Origin: an uncultured Gemmatimonadales bacterium
Lineage (GTDB): Bacteria; Gemmatimonadota; Gemmatimonadetes; Gemmatimonadales; GWC2-71-9
Direction of reading: 5' to 3'
Assembly: GCA_963730185.1 (NCBI GenBank)
Contig: CAVSQW010000002.1
Coordinates: 64,001 to 128,000 of the forward strand
DNA: 64,000 nucleotides
Below the pieces are notes generated by a model. That model ran no database searches. It had not been told where the DNA came from and was given only the letters and a program-made list of their open reading frames with translations. Positions 36,203 through 47,169 of this stretch are shown one piece after another. How positions within the stretch are numbered: the first letter of the stretch is position 1; each line of letters begins with the position of its first letter. The translations under genes and the position numbers were made by a program.

Positions 36203-38187
36203 TGGCCAAGCCGGTCGCCCGGATCGCGGCCTTGCAGGCCTTTCTCGTCCTGGGCGGCGGCGCCTTGGTGGCCCGGGCCGCGTACCTCCAACTGGTGCAT
36301 GGGAACGCGTATGCCCGCCAGGCGGTGGCGGAGCGGACCGTCCCCCGGAAGCTCGAGCCCCATCGCGGGACCATCTTCGACCGCCGCGGCGCCCCGCTCG
36401 CCACCTCGCTCGAGCAGTACCACCTCGGCGTCGCCCCGGACCAGGTCCGCTCGTCGGCCGTCGACTCGGTCGTCCGCTTCGCTCGCAACGACCTGGGCAT
36501 CGACGTGACCCGGCTCCGCCGTACCCTCAGGGAGCGGGGCCGGTACTTCTACGCCCACGGGCCGTTCACGGCCTCCCAGGTGGAGCGACTCCGTCACATC
36601 CGCGGGGTGGAGCTGAGTCCTCTCTACCGCCGTGAGTACCCCTCCGGTCCGCTGGCCCGGCCCCTGATCGGCTCGCTTTCACCCGACAGCTCGCTGGGGA
36701 CGTCGGGGCTGGAACGCTTCCTCGATTCCCTCCTCAGCGGCGTTCCCGGGAAGGCGGTCCTGCTCAAGGACGCCAACGGCCGGACCTACGAGTCGCCCGG
36801 GCGGGTGATCCGCCAGCCGGTGGCCGGCAACGACGTGGTGCTGACCATCGACCGCGAGCTACAGGAGATCGCCGAGGCCGGGCTCGCGGCCGCGTTCGCG
36901 GAGTACCAGCCCGCCCGGGGCGACGTGGTATTTCTCGATCCCCGGAGCGGCGAGCTCCTGGCCGCGGCCTCCCGGCAGGCGGGGGACGATGGAGGGAGCG
37001 CGCCGAGCGCGTCGTTCTTCGTGACGTCGTTCGAGCCGGGGTCGACCGCCAAGCCGTTCACAGCCGCTGCCCTGCTGTCCCTCGGCCGGGTCGACTCCAC
37101 CGATACCGTGACCGGCGAGGGCGGGAAGTGGGTGCTGACCACCGCCGGGGGCGGCACCCGGACGGTGGAGGACGACCACGCCCAGCACGAGCCGATCACC
37201 CTGGCCCGGGCGATCCAAGTGTCGAGCAACATCGCCATGGGCAAGTTCTCCGAGCGGCTCCGGCCGGAGGAGCAGTACGACATGCTGCGTTCGTTCGGGT
37301 TCGGCAGCCCGACCGGGATCGAGTTCGGGGCGGAGGCGTCGGGGTCGCTGCCCCGGCCGGGGCTCTGGCGGGCCGGGCTGCAGGGCGTGAGCGCGGCGAT
37401 GGGCTACGCCTTCACCGTGACGCCGATCCAGCTGGCGGCGGCCTACGCCGCGATCGCCAACGACGGGGTGCTGCTGGCGCCGTCGATGATCAAGGAGATT
37501 CGCGATCCGGCGGGACGGGTGATCTATCACCACGAGCCGCTGGTGGTCCGCCGGGTCGTCTCGTCCGAGATCGCGGCCCGACTCCGCGGCTTTCTGGCGT
37601 TGGCCGCGGGCGATTCCGGCACCGGCGAGCGGGCCCAGGTCCGGGGCGGGGTGCTGGGCAAGACTGGGACGGCCAAGCTGGTGCGGAACCGGGTCTACAC
37701 CGCCCACTACGCCGCCTCGTTCGCAGGGATCTTCCCGGCGAAGGATCCCCAGATCGTCGTCGTGGTCCGGATCGAGGACCCCAAGGGTGGTCGGTATTAC
37801 GGCGGCTTGGTCGCGGCTCCGCTCACCGCCCGGATGCTTCGCCAGGCGCTCGCGGCCCGCCTCACGGCCATCGACCGGGCCCGGCTGGCCGACGGCGAGG
37901 TCGTGGCGACGCGGCCGGCCCGCCGGTCGGGGTCGGCCGAACGGGCGCCGGTCCGGGTGATTACCTGGCCGCCGGGCCCCGACGCCGGCCGGTCCCATCC
38001 GGCGGTCGTGGTTCCCGACGTGGTCGGGCAGACGGTGCGGGCCGCGGCTCACGCGCTCCATCGACGGGGCTTCCGGGTGGAGCTCGACGGGGGGCTCGGA
38101 CGGGTTACGGAGACCCGGCCTGCCGCCGGCGATTCCCTGCCGGCGGGACGGACGGTCCGGGTCGTGGCAGGGAGGAGTCGGCGATGA
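36202..38187 (+). CDS. ftsI: Division transpeptidase PBP3 with C-terminal PASTA
   Basis: RGTIFDR, EPGSTAK (SxxK), SSN, KTGT, VPDVVG PASTA. Confidence 0.93.
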   Translation: MAKPVARIAALQAFLVLGGGALVARAAYLQLVHGNAYARQAVAERTVPRKLEPHRGTIFDRRGAPLATSLEQYHLGVAPDQVRSSAVDSVVRFARNDLGIDVTRLRRTLRERGRYFYAHGPFTASQVERLRHIRGVELSPLYRREYPSGPLARPLIGSLSPDSSLGTSGLERFLDSLLSGVPGKAVLLKDANGRTYESPGRVIRQPVAGNDVVLTIDRELQEIAEAGLAAAFAEYQPARGDVVFLDPRSGELLAAASRQAGDDGGSAPSASFFVTSFEPGSTAKPFTAAALLSLGRVDSTDTVTGEGGKWVLTTAGGGTRTVEDDHAQHEPITLARAIQVSSNIAMGKFSERLRPEEQYDMLRSFGFGSPTGIEFGAEASGSLPRPGLWRAGLQGVSAAMGYAFTVTPIQLAAAYAAIANDGVLLAPSMIKEIRDPAGRVIYHHEPLVVRRVVSSEIAARLRGFLALAAGDSGTGERAQVRGGVLGKTGTAKLVRNRVYTAHYAASFAGIFPAKDPQIVVVVRIEDPKGGRYYGGLVAAPLTARMLRQALAARLTAIDRARLADGEVVATRPARRSGSAERAPVRVITWPPGPDAGRSHPAVVVPDVVGQTVRAAAHALHRRGFRVELDGGLGRVTETRPAAGDSLPAGRTVRVVAGRSRR

Positions 38188-39650
38188 CGATGATGCGAGA
38201 GTGGCCGGGACTTCTGGACGAGCTCCGGCGCGAAGGTCTTCTGACCCGGGCCCCGGACGCGCTGCCGCCGGTCACCTCGATCACGACCGACAGCCGCCGG
38301 GTGACCCCCGGGGCCGTCTTCGTCGCGGTGCGGGGCTCGGTGGAAGACGGACACCGCTACGCCGCCGCGGCCGCCCGGCAGGGCGCCGGGGTGCTGGTGG
38401 TGGAGCAGCCGGTCGAGGAGGCCACCCCGCAGGTGGTGGTCGCCGACGCCCGCCGGGCCGCGATCGTGCTGGCCCGGGCCTGGCACGGCCGGCCGGCCGA
38501 GCGGCTGGACCTGATCGGGGTGACCGGGACCAGCGGCAAGAGCACCACCACGCTCCTGATGCGGCACCTGCTCAACGCCGGGGGCACGGCCGGGGCGATC
38601 GGGACGCTGGGGGCGTTCGACGGCGCCGGGCTTCCCATTTCCTCGACCGCGGGATCGCTCACGACTCCGGGACCCGTGGACCTCCAGGCCACCTTGGCAG
38701 CGCTGCTGGCCGCGGGCGTCGACCGGGTCGCGATGGAAGCGTCGTCCCACAGCCTCGATCAGGGTCGGCTCGACGGGCTGCTCTTCGCCGGCGCCATCTT
38801 CACCAATTTGAGCCGCGAGCACCTCGACTATCACCTCGACATGAGCCACTACCGGGCGGCCAAGCTCCGGCTGCTCGGGCTGCTCGCGCCCGGCGGCGTC
38901 GCGGCCGTGAATCGTGACGACCGGGCCTGGAGTGCGATTTCCGAGGGCACGGGGGTGGTGAGTTACGGGTTTCAGCCCGACGCGGCGCTCCGGGCGCGCG
39001 ACGCGGTGCTGGGACCGCTCGGGAGCCGGTTCGTGATCGAAGGCCGGTTCGGAACGGCGGAAGTGTCGCTGCCGCTGCCCGGCGAGTTCAACATCTCGAA
39101 CGCGCTCGGGGCCGCCGCCTGTGCCGTGGGGATGGGGCTCGAGCTCCCGGAGGTGGTTGGGCGGTTGGCCACCGCACCCCAGGTGCCCGGCCGGATGGAG
39201 CGGCTGGTCGAGCGTCCCTGCGTGGTGATCCGCGACTACGCCCACAAGCCCGATGCCCTGGAACGGGTGCTCAAAAGCCTCGCGCCGCTCAGCGTGGGAC
39301 GCCTGATCGTCCTCTTCGGGTGCGGTGGTGATCGCGATCGGGGCAAGCGCCCGATCATGGGCCGGATCGCGGCCGAGCTGGCCGACCTGGTGGTGGTCAC
39401 CTCCGACAATCCGCGAACCGAGGACCCGGAGCGGATCATCGACGAGATCCTGGCCGGGATCGCCGAGCGGGGCGCCACCCGGCGGATCGTGGACCGGCGC
39501 GAGGCGATCCGCTGGGTGCTCGGCGAAGCTCGTCCGGACGACACCGTGTTGCTGGCCGGGAAGGGGCACGAGACGTACCAGGTGATCGGCCAGGAGTACC
39601 TGCCGTTCGACGAGCGCGAGATCGTGCACGAGCTGGTGGGGGAGGGCTGA
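38184..39650 (+). CDS. murE: UDP-MurNAc-tripeptide (meso-DAP) ligase
   Basis: MEASSH, FTNLSREHLDYH, DYAHKPDAL, DNPR, AGKGHE. Confidence 0.96.
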   Translation: MTMMREWPGLLDELRREGLLTRAPDALPPVTSITTDSRRVTPGAVFVAVRGSVEDGHRYAAAAARQGAGVLVVEQPVEEATPQVVVADARRAAIVLARAWHGRPAERLDLIGVTGTSGKSTTTLLMRHLLNAGGTAGAIGTLGAFDGAGLPISSTAGSLTTPGPVDLQATLAALLAAGVDRVAMEASSHSLDQGRLDGLLFAGAIFTNLSREHLDYHLDMSHYRAAKLRLLGLLAPGGVAAVNRDDRAWSAISEGTGVVSYGFQPDAALRARDAVLGPLGSRFVIEGRFGTAEVSLPLPGEFNISNALGAAACAVGMGLELPEVVGRLATAPQVPGRMERLVERPCVVIRDYAHKPDALERVLKSLAPLSVGRLIVLFGCGGDRDRGKRPIMGRIAAELADLVVVTSDNPRTEDPERIIDEILAGIAERGATRRIVDRREAIRWVLGEARPDDTVLLAGKGHETYQVIGQEYLPFDEREIVHELVGEG

Positions 39651-40999
39651 TGCGCTGGACCGACGACCGGGTGCGCGCGGCGCTCGACCTCGCCTCGGGG
39701 ACGGAGGCCCCCGAGTACCGACGGATCTGGACCGACAGCCGGACCGTGGCCCCCGGTGACCTGTTCGTCGCGCTGGCGGGCGAACGGTTCGATGGCCACC
39801 GGTACCTCGCCGCCGCCGCCCGGGCGGGAGCGGCCGGCGCCGTGGTGCGGCACGGGACCGCGTCCGTTCCGGGCCTGACGCTCTATCCGGTGGACGACAC
39901 CCTGGTGGCGTATGGTCGACTGGCCCTCGCCCGGCGGCGGGCGGTGCCGGGACCGGTGGTGGCGATCACGGGGACCAACGGTAAGACGACCACCAAGGAG
40001 ATGCTGGCCGCCGTGCTCCGGACCAGGTATCGGACCCACGCCACCCGGGCCAACCTCAACAACCTGGTCGGGGTACCCCAAACCATTCTCGAAGCGCCGG
40101 ACGAGGTCGAGGCGCTGGTGGTCGAGGCGGGCGCCAATCTGCCCGGCGAGATCGCCCGGTATCGGGAGATCATCGAGCCCGACCTGACGGTGATCACCAA
40201 CGTCGCGGCCGGCCATTTGGAGGGCTTCGGATCGCTGGATGGCGTCCGGGCCGAGAAGCTGGCCCTCGCCCGCGGGGTGCCGGTGGTCGTGGTGGGGGCC
40301 GGCGACTCGGCCCTGGCGGCCGGAGCCCGGGCGGCCGCTGGACGCACGGTCACCGCCGGGTTCGAGCCCGAGGCCGACGTCCGGCCCGATCGGGTGGAGA
40401 TGCTCGAGGGGTACGCCCGGCTCACGATCGACGGGCGGGTCGTGACCCTGGCGGTGCTGGGACGGCACCAGGGCCGGAACGCAGTGCTGGCCTGGGCGGT
40501 GAGCCGAGAGCTGGGCCTCGACCCCGACCGGGTGGCATCGGCGCTCGGGGCTGTTACGATTCCAGGAGGCCGCGGCGAGCTGGTCTCGCTGGGCGACCTC
40601 TTCGTCCTCAACGACTGCTACAACGCCAACCCGGCGTCGTTCCGGGCCGCCATCGAGGTGGCCGAGTCGATTCGGGCCGGGCGGCGGCTGGTGTTCGTCG
40701 CTGGCAGCATGTTGGAGCTCGGCGCCGAGAGTGCGGCCCGCCATGCCGAGATCGCGGAGCGCCTGGTGGCGCTCAAGCCCGACCTGCTGGCGGGCGTCGG
40801 CGAGTTCGGCTCGGCTCTGGAGCCCCACCGCGCCGAACTGGACGACCGGCTACTGCTGGCGCCCGACGTGGCGACGATGGGCCCGATGCTCGCGACCCGC
40901 CTTCGGGGCGGGGATCTGGTGGTGCTGAAGGGCTCCCGCGGCGTCGCGCTCGAGAGGATGCTGCCCTTGCTTACGTCTCGTACCGTCCATCCGGACTAG
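39650..40999 (+). CDS. murF: UDP-MurNAc-tripeptide--D-Ala-D-Ala ligase
   Basis: GTNGKTTTKEM, DCYNANP, MLELG, KGSRG. Confidence 0.96.
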   Translation: MRWTDDRVRAALDLASGTEAPEYRRIWTDSRTVAPGDLFVALAGERFDGHRYLAAAARAGAAGAVVRHGTASVPGLTLYPVDDTLVAYGRLALARRRAVPGPVVAITGTNGKTTTKEMLAAVLRTRYRTHATRANLNNLVGVPQTILEAPDEVEALVVEAGANLPGEIARYREIIEPDLTVITNVAAGHLEGFGSLDGVRAEKLALARGVPVVVVGAGDSALAAGARAAAGRTVTAGFEPEADVRPDRVEMLEGYARLTIDGRVVTLAVLGRHQGRNAVLAWAVSRELGLDPDRVASALGAVTIPGGRGELVSLGDLFVLNDCYNANPASFRAAIEVAESIRAGRRLVFVAGSMLELGAESAARHAEIAERLVALKPDLLAGVGEFGSALEPHRAELDDRLLLAPDVATMGPMLATRLRGGDLVVLKGSRGVALERMLPLLTSRTVHPD

Positions 41000-41008
41000 A
41001 CTGGCCCG

Positions 41009-42136
41009 ATGCTCTACCATCTGCTCGCGCCGCTGGGCCGCGACCACATCCTGTTCAATCTCTTCAACTACATCAGCTTCCGGGCGGCCGGCGCGACGGT
41101 CACCGCGCTGTTCTTGGCCTTTGCCGCCGGGCCCTGGATCATCCGGCGGCTGGAGCAGCTCAAGGTGGGCCAGGTGGTCCGGACCGGCCTCCTGGCGAGC
41201 CATGAGGGCAAGCGGGGCACCCCCACGATGGGCGGGGTGATCATCCTGTTCTCGACCCTGGTGCCGACCCTTCTCTGGGCGCCGCTCACCAATCGCTTCG
41301 TCCTGGTGGCGATCCTGGCCACCCTCTGGACCGGCGCGATCGGCTTCGTCGACGACTACCTCAAGGTGGTGGAGGGCAAGCCGCGAGGGCTGGTGGCCCG
41401 CTGGAAGCTGATCGGACAGTCGACCTTCGGCGTGGCCCTCGGCGCCTATCTGATCTTCTACCCGGTGGTGCCCGAGACCACCTTGCCGGCGACGGCCACG
41501 GTGTTGCCGTTCGTCAAGTATACCGTGGTGCTCTTCGTGCCGGTGGTGTACGTGCTCTTCGTCACCTTCGTGGTCACCGGCTCGAGCAACGCCGTCAACA
41601 TGACCGACGGCCTGGACGGGCTGGCGGCCGGTCTCACGGCCATCGCCGCGGCGACGTTCGCGTTCTTCGCCTACGTCTTCGGCCGGGTCGACATGACGCA
41701 GTATCTCAACTTCTACTACCTGCCCGGGGCGGGCGAGCTGACCGTGTTCTGCACCGCGTTGATGGGGGCCGCGCTCGGCTTTCTCTGGTACAACGCCCAT
41801 CCGGCCAAGGTCTTCATGGGCGACACCGGGAGTCTCGCCATCGGCGGGGCGCTGGGCACGGTGGCGATCCTCCTCCGGGCCGAGTTCCTGCTCCTGATCA
41901 TCGGCGGGGTGTTCGTGGCCGAGCAGGTGTCGGTGATTCTCCAGGTGGGCGTCTACCAGTGGTTCAAGCGCACCCGGGGCCGCGAGTACGCCGATGCGCA
42001 CCGGGTCTTTCGGATGGCGCCGCTCCACCACCACTTCGAGAAGAAGGGGTGGCAGGAGACCACCGTGGTCACCCGCTTCTATATCCTGGGCCTGCTCTGC
42101 GCCCTCCTGGCGCTGGCGACGCTCAAGATCCGCTGA
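41009..42136 (+). CDS. mraY: Phospho-MurNAc-pentapeptide transferase
   Basis: GTPTMGG, GFVDDY, NMTDGLDG, FMGDTGS, MAPLHHHFE. Confidence 0.98.
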   Translation: MLYHLLAPLGRDHILFNLFNYISFRAAGATVTALFLAFAAGPWIIRRLEQLKVGQVVRTGLLASHEGKRGTPTMGGVIILFSTLVPTLLWAPLTNRFVLVAILATLWTGAIGFVDDYLKVVEGKPRGLVARWKLIGQSTFGVALGAYLIFYPVVPETTLPATATVLPFVKYTVVLFVPVVYVLFVTFVVTGSSNAVNMTDGLDGLAAGLTAIAAATFAFFAYVFGRVDMTQYLNFYYLPGAGELTVFCTALMGAALGFLWYNAHPAKVFMGDTGSLAIGGALGTVAILLRAEFLLLIIGGVFVAEQVSVILQVGVYQWFKRTRGREYADAHRVFRMAPLHHHFEKKGWQETTVVTRFYILGLLCALLALATLKIR

Positions 42137-43488
42137 TGGCCGATCTGCTGGAGGGCCGGACCGGCGAGGTCGCCGTGATCGGCCTGGGGCGGAGCGGGGG
42201 CGCGGCGGCTCGGTTGCTCCGGGCCCGCGGCGCACCGGTGTACGCGTCGGACGCCGGCGCGACCCCGGCCTTGGCCGCGGTGGCCGACGCGCTCCGACCC
42301 CTCGGGGTGACGGTGGACCTGGGCCGCCACGACCTGGACCGGATTGCCCGGGCGGCCCTGGTGGTGCTGTCGCCCGGGGTGCCGCCGGATGCGCCGGCCG
42401 TGGCCGCCGCCCGCCGGGCCGACCGGGCGATCTGGTCCGAGGCCGAGCTCGGGCTTCGGGCCCTGGAGGGGCGGGTGCCGTTCGCGGCCGTGACCGGCAC
42501 CAACGGCAAGACCACCACCACCACCCTCGTCGCCCACCTCCTGGTGGCGGGTGGGCGGCGGGCCCTCGCGGCGGGCAACATCGGGACCCCGCTCTCCGAG
42601 GTCGCCCTGAGGCCGGAGCTGCCCGAGGTGCTGGCGGTGGAGCTCTCCAGCTTCCAGCTCCACGACATGCCCACCCTCACCCCGACCGTCGGGGTCCTCA
42701 CCAACCTGGCGCCGGACCACCTGGACCGGTATCCCGGCCTGGACGAGTACTACGCCGACAAGGTGCGCCTCTTCGCCCGGGCGAGCCCGGACTCCGTCTG
42801 GGTGCTCAACGCCGACGACCCGACCTCGGCGGCGTGGGTGGGGCGCCCGGCGGGCCGGCGGCTCGGGTTCAGCCTGATCCGGGAGGCCGATGGCTGGCTC
42901 GACCGCGAGGCCGGCCTCCTCCGGCTCGGCGCCGAGCCGCTCCTTGCCCGGGCGGAGCTCCCGCTCCTTGGCGATCACAACGCCGCGAATGCCCTGGCGG
43001 CGGCGCTGGCGGCCCGAGCGCTCGGCGTGGCACCGGCCGCCCTCGCCGCCGGCCTTCGGACCGCGCGCCCGCTGGCCCATCGGATGGAGCCGGTCCGCGA
43101 GGTGCGGGGCGTGCTCTGGGTCAACGACTCGAAGGCGACCAACATCGCGTCGACCGAAGTGGCGGTGGCCGCCCTGGACCGGCCTTTCATTCTCCTCCTC
43201 GGCGGGCGCCACAAGGGTGAGCCCTACACCCGGCTCGGCCCCGGCCTCCGCGACCGGTGCCGGGCCGTGGTCGCCTACGGGGAGGCCGGCGACCGGGTGG
43301 TGGCCGATCTCCAAGGCACGGTGCCGGTGGCCCGGGCCACGACCTTCGACCAGGTGATGGCGACGGCCGCGGCTCTGGCCCAGCCGGGCGACGCGGTCCT
43401 GCTCTCGCCCGCCTGCTCGAGCTACGACATGTTCACGAACTACGAAGCCCGCGGCGACCGGTTCCGCGCCATCGTGGAGGGCCTGTGA
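42136..43488 (+). CDS. murD: UDP-MurNAc-L-Ala--D-Glu ligase
   Basis: GLGRSG, ELSSFQL, DHLDRY, NDSKATN, LSPACSSYD. Confidence 0.97.
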   Translation: MADLLEGRTGEVAVIGLGRSGGAAARLLRARGAPVYASDAGATPALAAVADALRPLGVTVDLGRHDLDRIARAALVVLSPGVPPDAPAVAAARRADRAIWSEAELGLRALEGRVPFAAVTGTNGKTTTTTLVAHLLVAGGRRALAAGNIGTPLSEVALRPELPEVLAVELSSFQLHDMPTLTPTVGVLTNLAPDHLDRYPGLDEYYADKVRLFARASPDSVWVLNADDPTSAAWVGRPAGRRLGFSLIREADGWLDREAGLLRLGAEPLLARAELPLLGDHNAANALAAALAARALGVAPAALAAGLRTARPLAHRMEPVREVRGVLWVNDSKATNIASTEVAVAALDRPFILLLGGRHKGEPYTRLGPGLRDRCRAVVAYGEAGDRVVADLQGTVPVARATTFDQVMATAAALAQPGDAVLLSPACSSYDMFTNYEARGDRFRAIVEGL

Positions 43489-44651
43489 CCGACCGATCCG
43501 CACCTCGACACCCCGCCGATTTCCGGTGGGAGACCAGGCTCCTCGGCGTGGTCGTGGCGATTCTGACCGTGTTCGGGATCGCCAGCGTCTACTCGGCTGC
43601 CAGCTTCCAGGCCAACGCCATCCGGGAGGTGCTCAAACAACTGTCGGCGGCGCTGGTCGGCGGCATCGGCATGGTGGTCGCGTCGCGAGTGGACTACCGG
43701 CGGTGGCGGCAGGGTGCCTGGATCCTGTTGCTGATCACCATGGTGCTGCTCCTGATCTGCGTGATCCCCGGGACCGAGGCGCTGGCCCCGCGCACCAACG
43801 GGGCCCGGCGGTGGCTCCGGCTGCCGGGGGGGACCTTCCAGCCGTCCGAGCTGGCCCGGTTCGCGATCGTGGTCTGGGCCGCGGCGCTGGCGACGAAGAA
43901 GGGCGAGCGGATCCGCGACTTCAAGAAGGGCATGGTGCCCATTCTGCTGATTACCGGGCTGGTGTCTCTCCTGGTCCTCCTCGAGCCGAACCTCTCGATG
44001 GCCACGGTAGTGGCGCTCCTCGGCGGCGTGGTGCTCTTCACCGCCGGTGCCCGGATCGGCCAGTTCCTGCTCCTCGGCGTCGCCGCCGTGTTCCTGGCGG
44101 TGGCGGCGATCCAGGCGGAGCCCTACCGGTTCGCGCGGGTCCGCTGCTTTCTCGGCCTGGCGGGCAAGTGCGAGGGCGGCACCGGCTGGCAGGTGGGGCA
44201 AGCCACGATCGGGTTCGCCTCCGGCCGGGTGATGGGCGTCGGCTTCGGGGAGGGGCAGCTCAAGCTCAACTATCTCCCGGAGGCCCCCTCGGACTTCCTC
44301 TTCGCCACCATTGGGGAGGAGTGGGGCTTCCTGGGGGTCGCGGTCATCGTGCTCCTGTTCGCGGCCTTCTGCGGGCTCGGCTTCCGAATCGCGAAGACTG
44401 CGCCCGATCCTTTTGGCCAGCTGCTCGCGACCGGCCTGACCGCCTCGGTGGGGCTCACCGCCTTGATGCACATGGCCGTGAATACCAATCTGATGCCGAC
44501 GACCGGGTTAGGTCTTCCTTTCATGTCGGCTGGGCGGTCGAATCTCCTGGTCACCCTGGTGGCGACCGGCGTGCTGATCAGCGTCGGGCGGATGCGCGGG
44601 AAGCCGCTCCCCGAGCGGGGAACCCGGGCGGCGGGCCGGCGGGCGGCGTGA
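43485..44651 (+). CDS. ftsW: SEDS peptidoglycan polymerase FtsW
   Basis: NGARRW, FQPSE, LPEAPSDF, GEEWG, LPFMS. Confidence 0.93.
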   Translation: MTDRSAPRHPADFRWETRLLGVVVAILTVFGIASVYSAASFQANAIREVLKQLSAALVGGIGMVVASRVDYRRWRQGAWILLLITMVLLLICVIPGTEALAPRTNGARRWLRLPGGTFQPSELARFAIVVWAAALATKKGERIRDFKKGMVPILLITGLVSLLVLLEPNLSMATVVALLGGVVLFTAGARIGQFLLLGVAAVFLAVAAIQAEPYRFARVRCFLGLAGKCEGGTGWQVGQATIGFASGRVMGVGFGEGQLKLNYLPEAPSDFLFATIGEEWGFLGVAVIVLLFAAFCGLGFRIAKTAPDPFGQLLATGLTASVGLTALMHMAVNTNLMPTTGLGLPFMSAGRSNLLVTLVATGVLISVGRMRGKPLPERGTRAAGRRAA

Positions 44652-45739
44652 CCACCGTCCTGATCGCGGGGGGCGGGACCGGCGGCCACCTGATGCCGGC
44701 GCTCGCGATCGCGAGCGCGCTCCGGGAGCGGCACCCCGGCTGGCGGCTGATGCTGGTCGGGGCGGAGCGGGGGGTGGAGGCCCGGCTCCTGCCCGAGCGC
44801 GACTTCCCCTACGTCCTGCTGCCCTTCGAGCCCATCTATCGCCGCCAGTGGTGGAAGAACCTTCGGTGGCCGGTTCTCGCGCTCCGGCTGATCGGTCGGG
44901 TCCGCCACCTCCTCGGGCGGGAGCGTCCGGGGTTGGTGGTGGGGACCGGCGGGTACGTGGCCGGGCCGGTGGTGTGGCTGGCCGCCCGGCGCGGGATTCC
45001 CACCGCGATGATGGAGCAGGACGCCTATCCGGGGCTGGTGACGCGGCGGCTGGCCTCCCGGGTCGACGAGATCTTCCTGGGTGCTCCGGAGGGCGCGGCG
45101 CACCTTCGGGTGGGCCCCCGTACGGTGGTGCGGTTCACCGGGAGTCCGATCGTTCCGCCGACCCCCGAGCGCCGGGCGGCCGCCCGGGCCCGCTTCGGTC
45201 TCGACGACGAGCGCCCGGTGGTGCTGGTGACCGGGGGGAGCCAGGGCTCGCTCGCGATCAACCAGCTGGTGGCCGGTTGGCTCGACGAGGACGGGGGCCG
45301 GGACCGGGTGGTACTCTGGGCGGCGGGGCGGGTTACGGTCGACCGCTTCCGGTCGCACCACCGGCCGCCGGCGGTCCAGGTGTTCGAGTTTCTCGACCCG
45401 ATCGCCGACGCCTATGCCGTGGCCGATCTGGTGGTGGGTCGGGCCGGGATGACCACCATCGCCGAGCTCTGCGCCTGGGGCCTCCCGAGCCTCCTCATTC
45501 CGCTCCCGACCGCCGCCGCCGATCATCAGCGCCGGAACGCGGAGGCGATGGTGGCGGCCGGCGCGGCTCGGTCGGCGGAGCAGGCGGCGCTCACCCCGGC
45601 CGGTCTGGGGCGGCTGATCGACGAGATCCTCCAGAATCCGGACACCCGGCGGACCCTGGCGGCCCGAGCCAAGGCGCGGGGCCGGCCCGGGGCGGTGATC
45701 GAGATCGCGACCCGGCTGGAGGCCCTGGTTGGGCACTGA
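44648..45739 (+). CDS. murG: Lipid II GlcNAc transferase
   Basis: GGGTGGH, GTGGY, GGSQG, RAG.TTIAE, HQRRNA. Confidence 0.96.
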   Translation: MTTVLIAGGGTGGHLMPALAIASALRERHPGWRLMLVGAERGVEARLLPERDFPYVLLPFEPIYRRQWWKNLRWPVLALRLIGRVRHLLGRERPGLVVGTGGYVAGPVVWLAARRGIPTAMMEQDAYPGLVTRRLASRVDEIFLGAPEGAAHLRVGPRTVVRFTGSPIVPPTPERRAAARARFGLDDERPVVLVTGGSQGSLAINQLVAGWLDEDGGRDRVVLWAAGRVTVDRFRSHHRPPAVQVFEFLDPIADAYAVADLVVGRAGMTTIAELCAWGLPSLLIPLPTAAADHQRRNAEAMVAAGAARSAEQAALTPAGLGRLIDEILQNPDTRRTLAARAKARGRPGAVIEIATRLEALVGH

Positions 45740-45787
45740 TCCGGGCTTTCCCAAGCTATGGTGGCTATTTAGATTAGGCCGCTAGGG

Positions 45788-47169
45788 ATGAACCTGTTTC
45801 TCCAGTCCGATCCGCGCCCGCTCCACTTTGTGGGGATCGGTGGTGCCGGGATGAGCGCCCTTGCGCTGATTGCGCTCGAGCGGCGTCTTCCGGTGTCGGG
45901 GACCGACGCCGACCCGAGCGGCTGCGGAGAGTTGCAGGCTGCCGGGGCTCGGGTGGTCCCCGGTCAGGCGCCGGACTTGGCGGCGGCCAGCCGGGCGGTG
46001 ATCGTGAGCGCGGCGGTCCCCGCGACCCATCCGGATCTGGTCCGAGCCCGGTCGTTAGGCATCCCGGTGGTGCCCCGGAAGGTCGCGCTGGCGGGGCTGA
46101 TCGGCGACACGCCGTCGGTCTGCATCGCCGGCACACACGGCAAGACCACCACCACCGTCATGGCCACCGAGGCGCTGACGGCGGCCGGGTTCGAGCCCAC
46201 GGGGTTGGCGGGTGGCCGGGTCGCGGCTTGGGGTGGCAACGCGCACCTGGGCGGCGAGGGGCTCTACGTGGTGGAAGCGGACGAGTACGACCAGGCCTTT
46301 CTGACGCTCCGCCCGGAGATCGCAGTGATCGGCAACGTCGAGCCCGACCATCTGGAGTGCTACGGCTCGGTCGAGGCGCTGGAAGCGGCGTTCGGCCGGT
46401 TCGCCGCGCCGGCCCGGCGGGTGCTGATCGGGACCGACAGCGCCGGCGCCGACCGGGTAGCGGCCCCCCTGGACCGGGGCCGGGTCTGGCGCTTCGGACT
46501 CGCGGCCGAGGGAACGCCCGATCTGGCGCTCGACGGGCTCGAGCTCGGCCGGCCGGGAGTACCGCCAGGGTCCAGCTGCCGGGGGGTGGGGCGGTGACCC
46601 TTCGGCTCGGGGTACCGGGGCTCCACAACCTCCGGAACGCCACGGCCGCGCTGGGCGCGGTCCACGCGCTGGGCGGTCCGCTGGAGCCCGCCCTCGACGC
46701 CTTGGCGCGGTTTGGCGGGGTCGGCCGGCGGTTCGATCGGATAGGGGAGGCTGGTGGCGTCACCATCGTGGACGACTACGCCCACCACCCGACCGAGCTC
46801 CGGGCCACGCTCGCCGCGGCCCGACAGGCGTTCCCCGCGCGACGACTGGTGGCGGCGTTCCAGCCCCATCTCTACTCGCGCACCGCGGCGCATGGAGACG
46901 CCATGGGTGAGGCGCTCGCACAAGCCGATCTGGCCATCGTGACCGACGTCTACGCCGCCCGGGAGGCGCCGATCGCCGGCGTCTCGGGCGCGCTCGTGGC
47001 TCAGGCCGCCGAGCGCCGGGGTGCCCGGGTGGTCTACGAGGCCCGTCGCGCGGCCCTCACCGACCGGGTCGCCGGACTGCTGGAGCCCGGCGACGTGCTG
47101 CTCACGCTGGGCGCCGGCGACATCACCCGGCTCGGGCCTGAGATCTTGGCGCGGCGCGGGGCCCAATGA
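45788..47169 (+). CDS. murC: UDP-MurNAc--L-Ala ligase (apparent single-base deletion at ~46550)
   Basis: GIGGAGMS, GTHGKTTT and EADEYD in frame 45788; HNLRNA, DDYAHHPTE and FQPHLYSR in frame 46228. Confidence 0.93.

Noticed and set aside
46535..46600. Programmed frameshift or pseudogenisation of murC
   Set aside because: Essential gene in an intact dcw cluster, no slippery heptamer at the shift, and similar indels elsewhere indicate sequencing error
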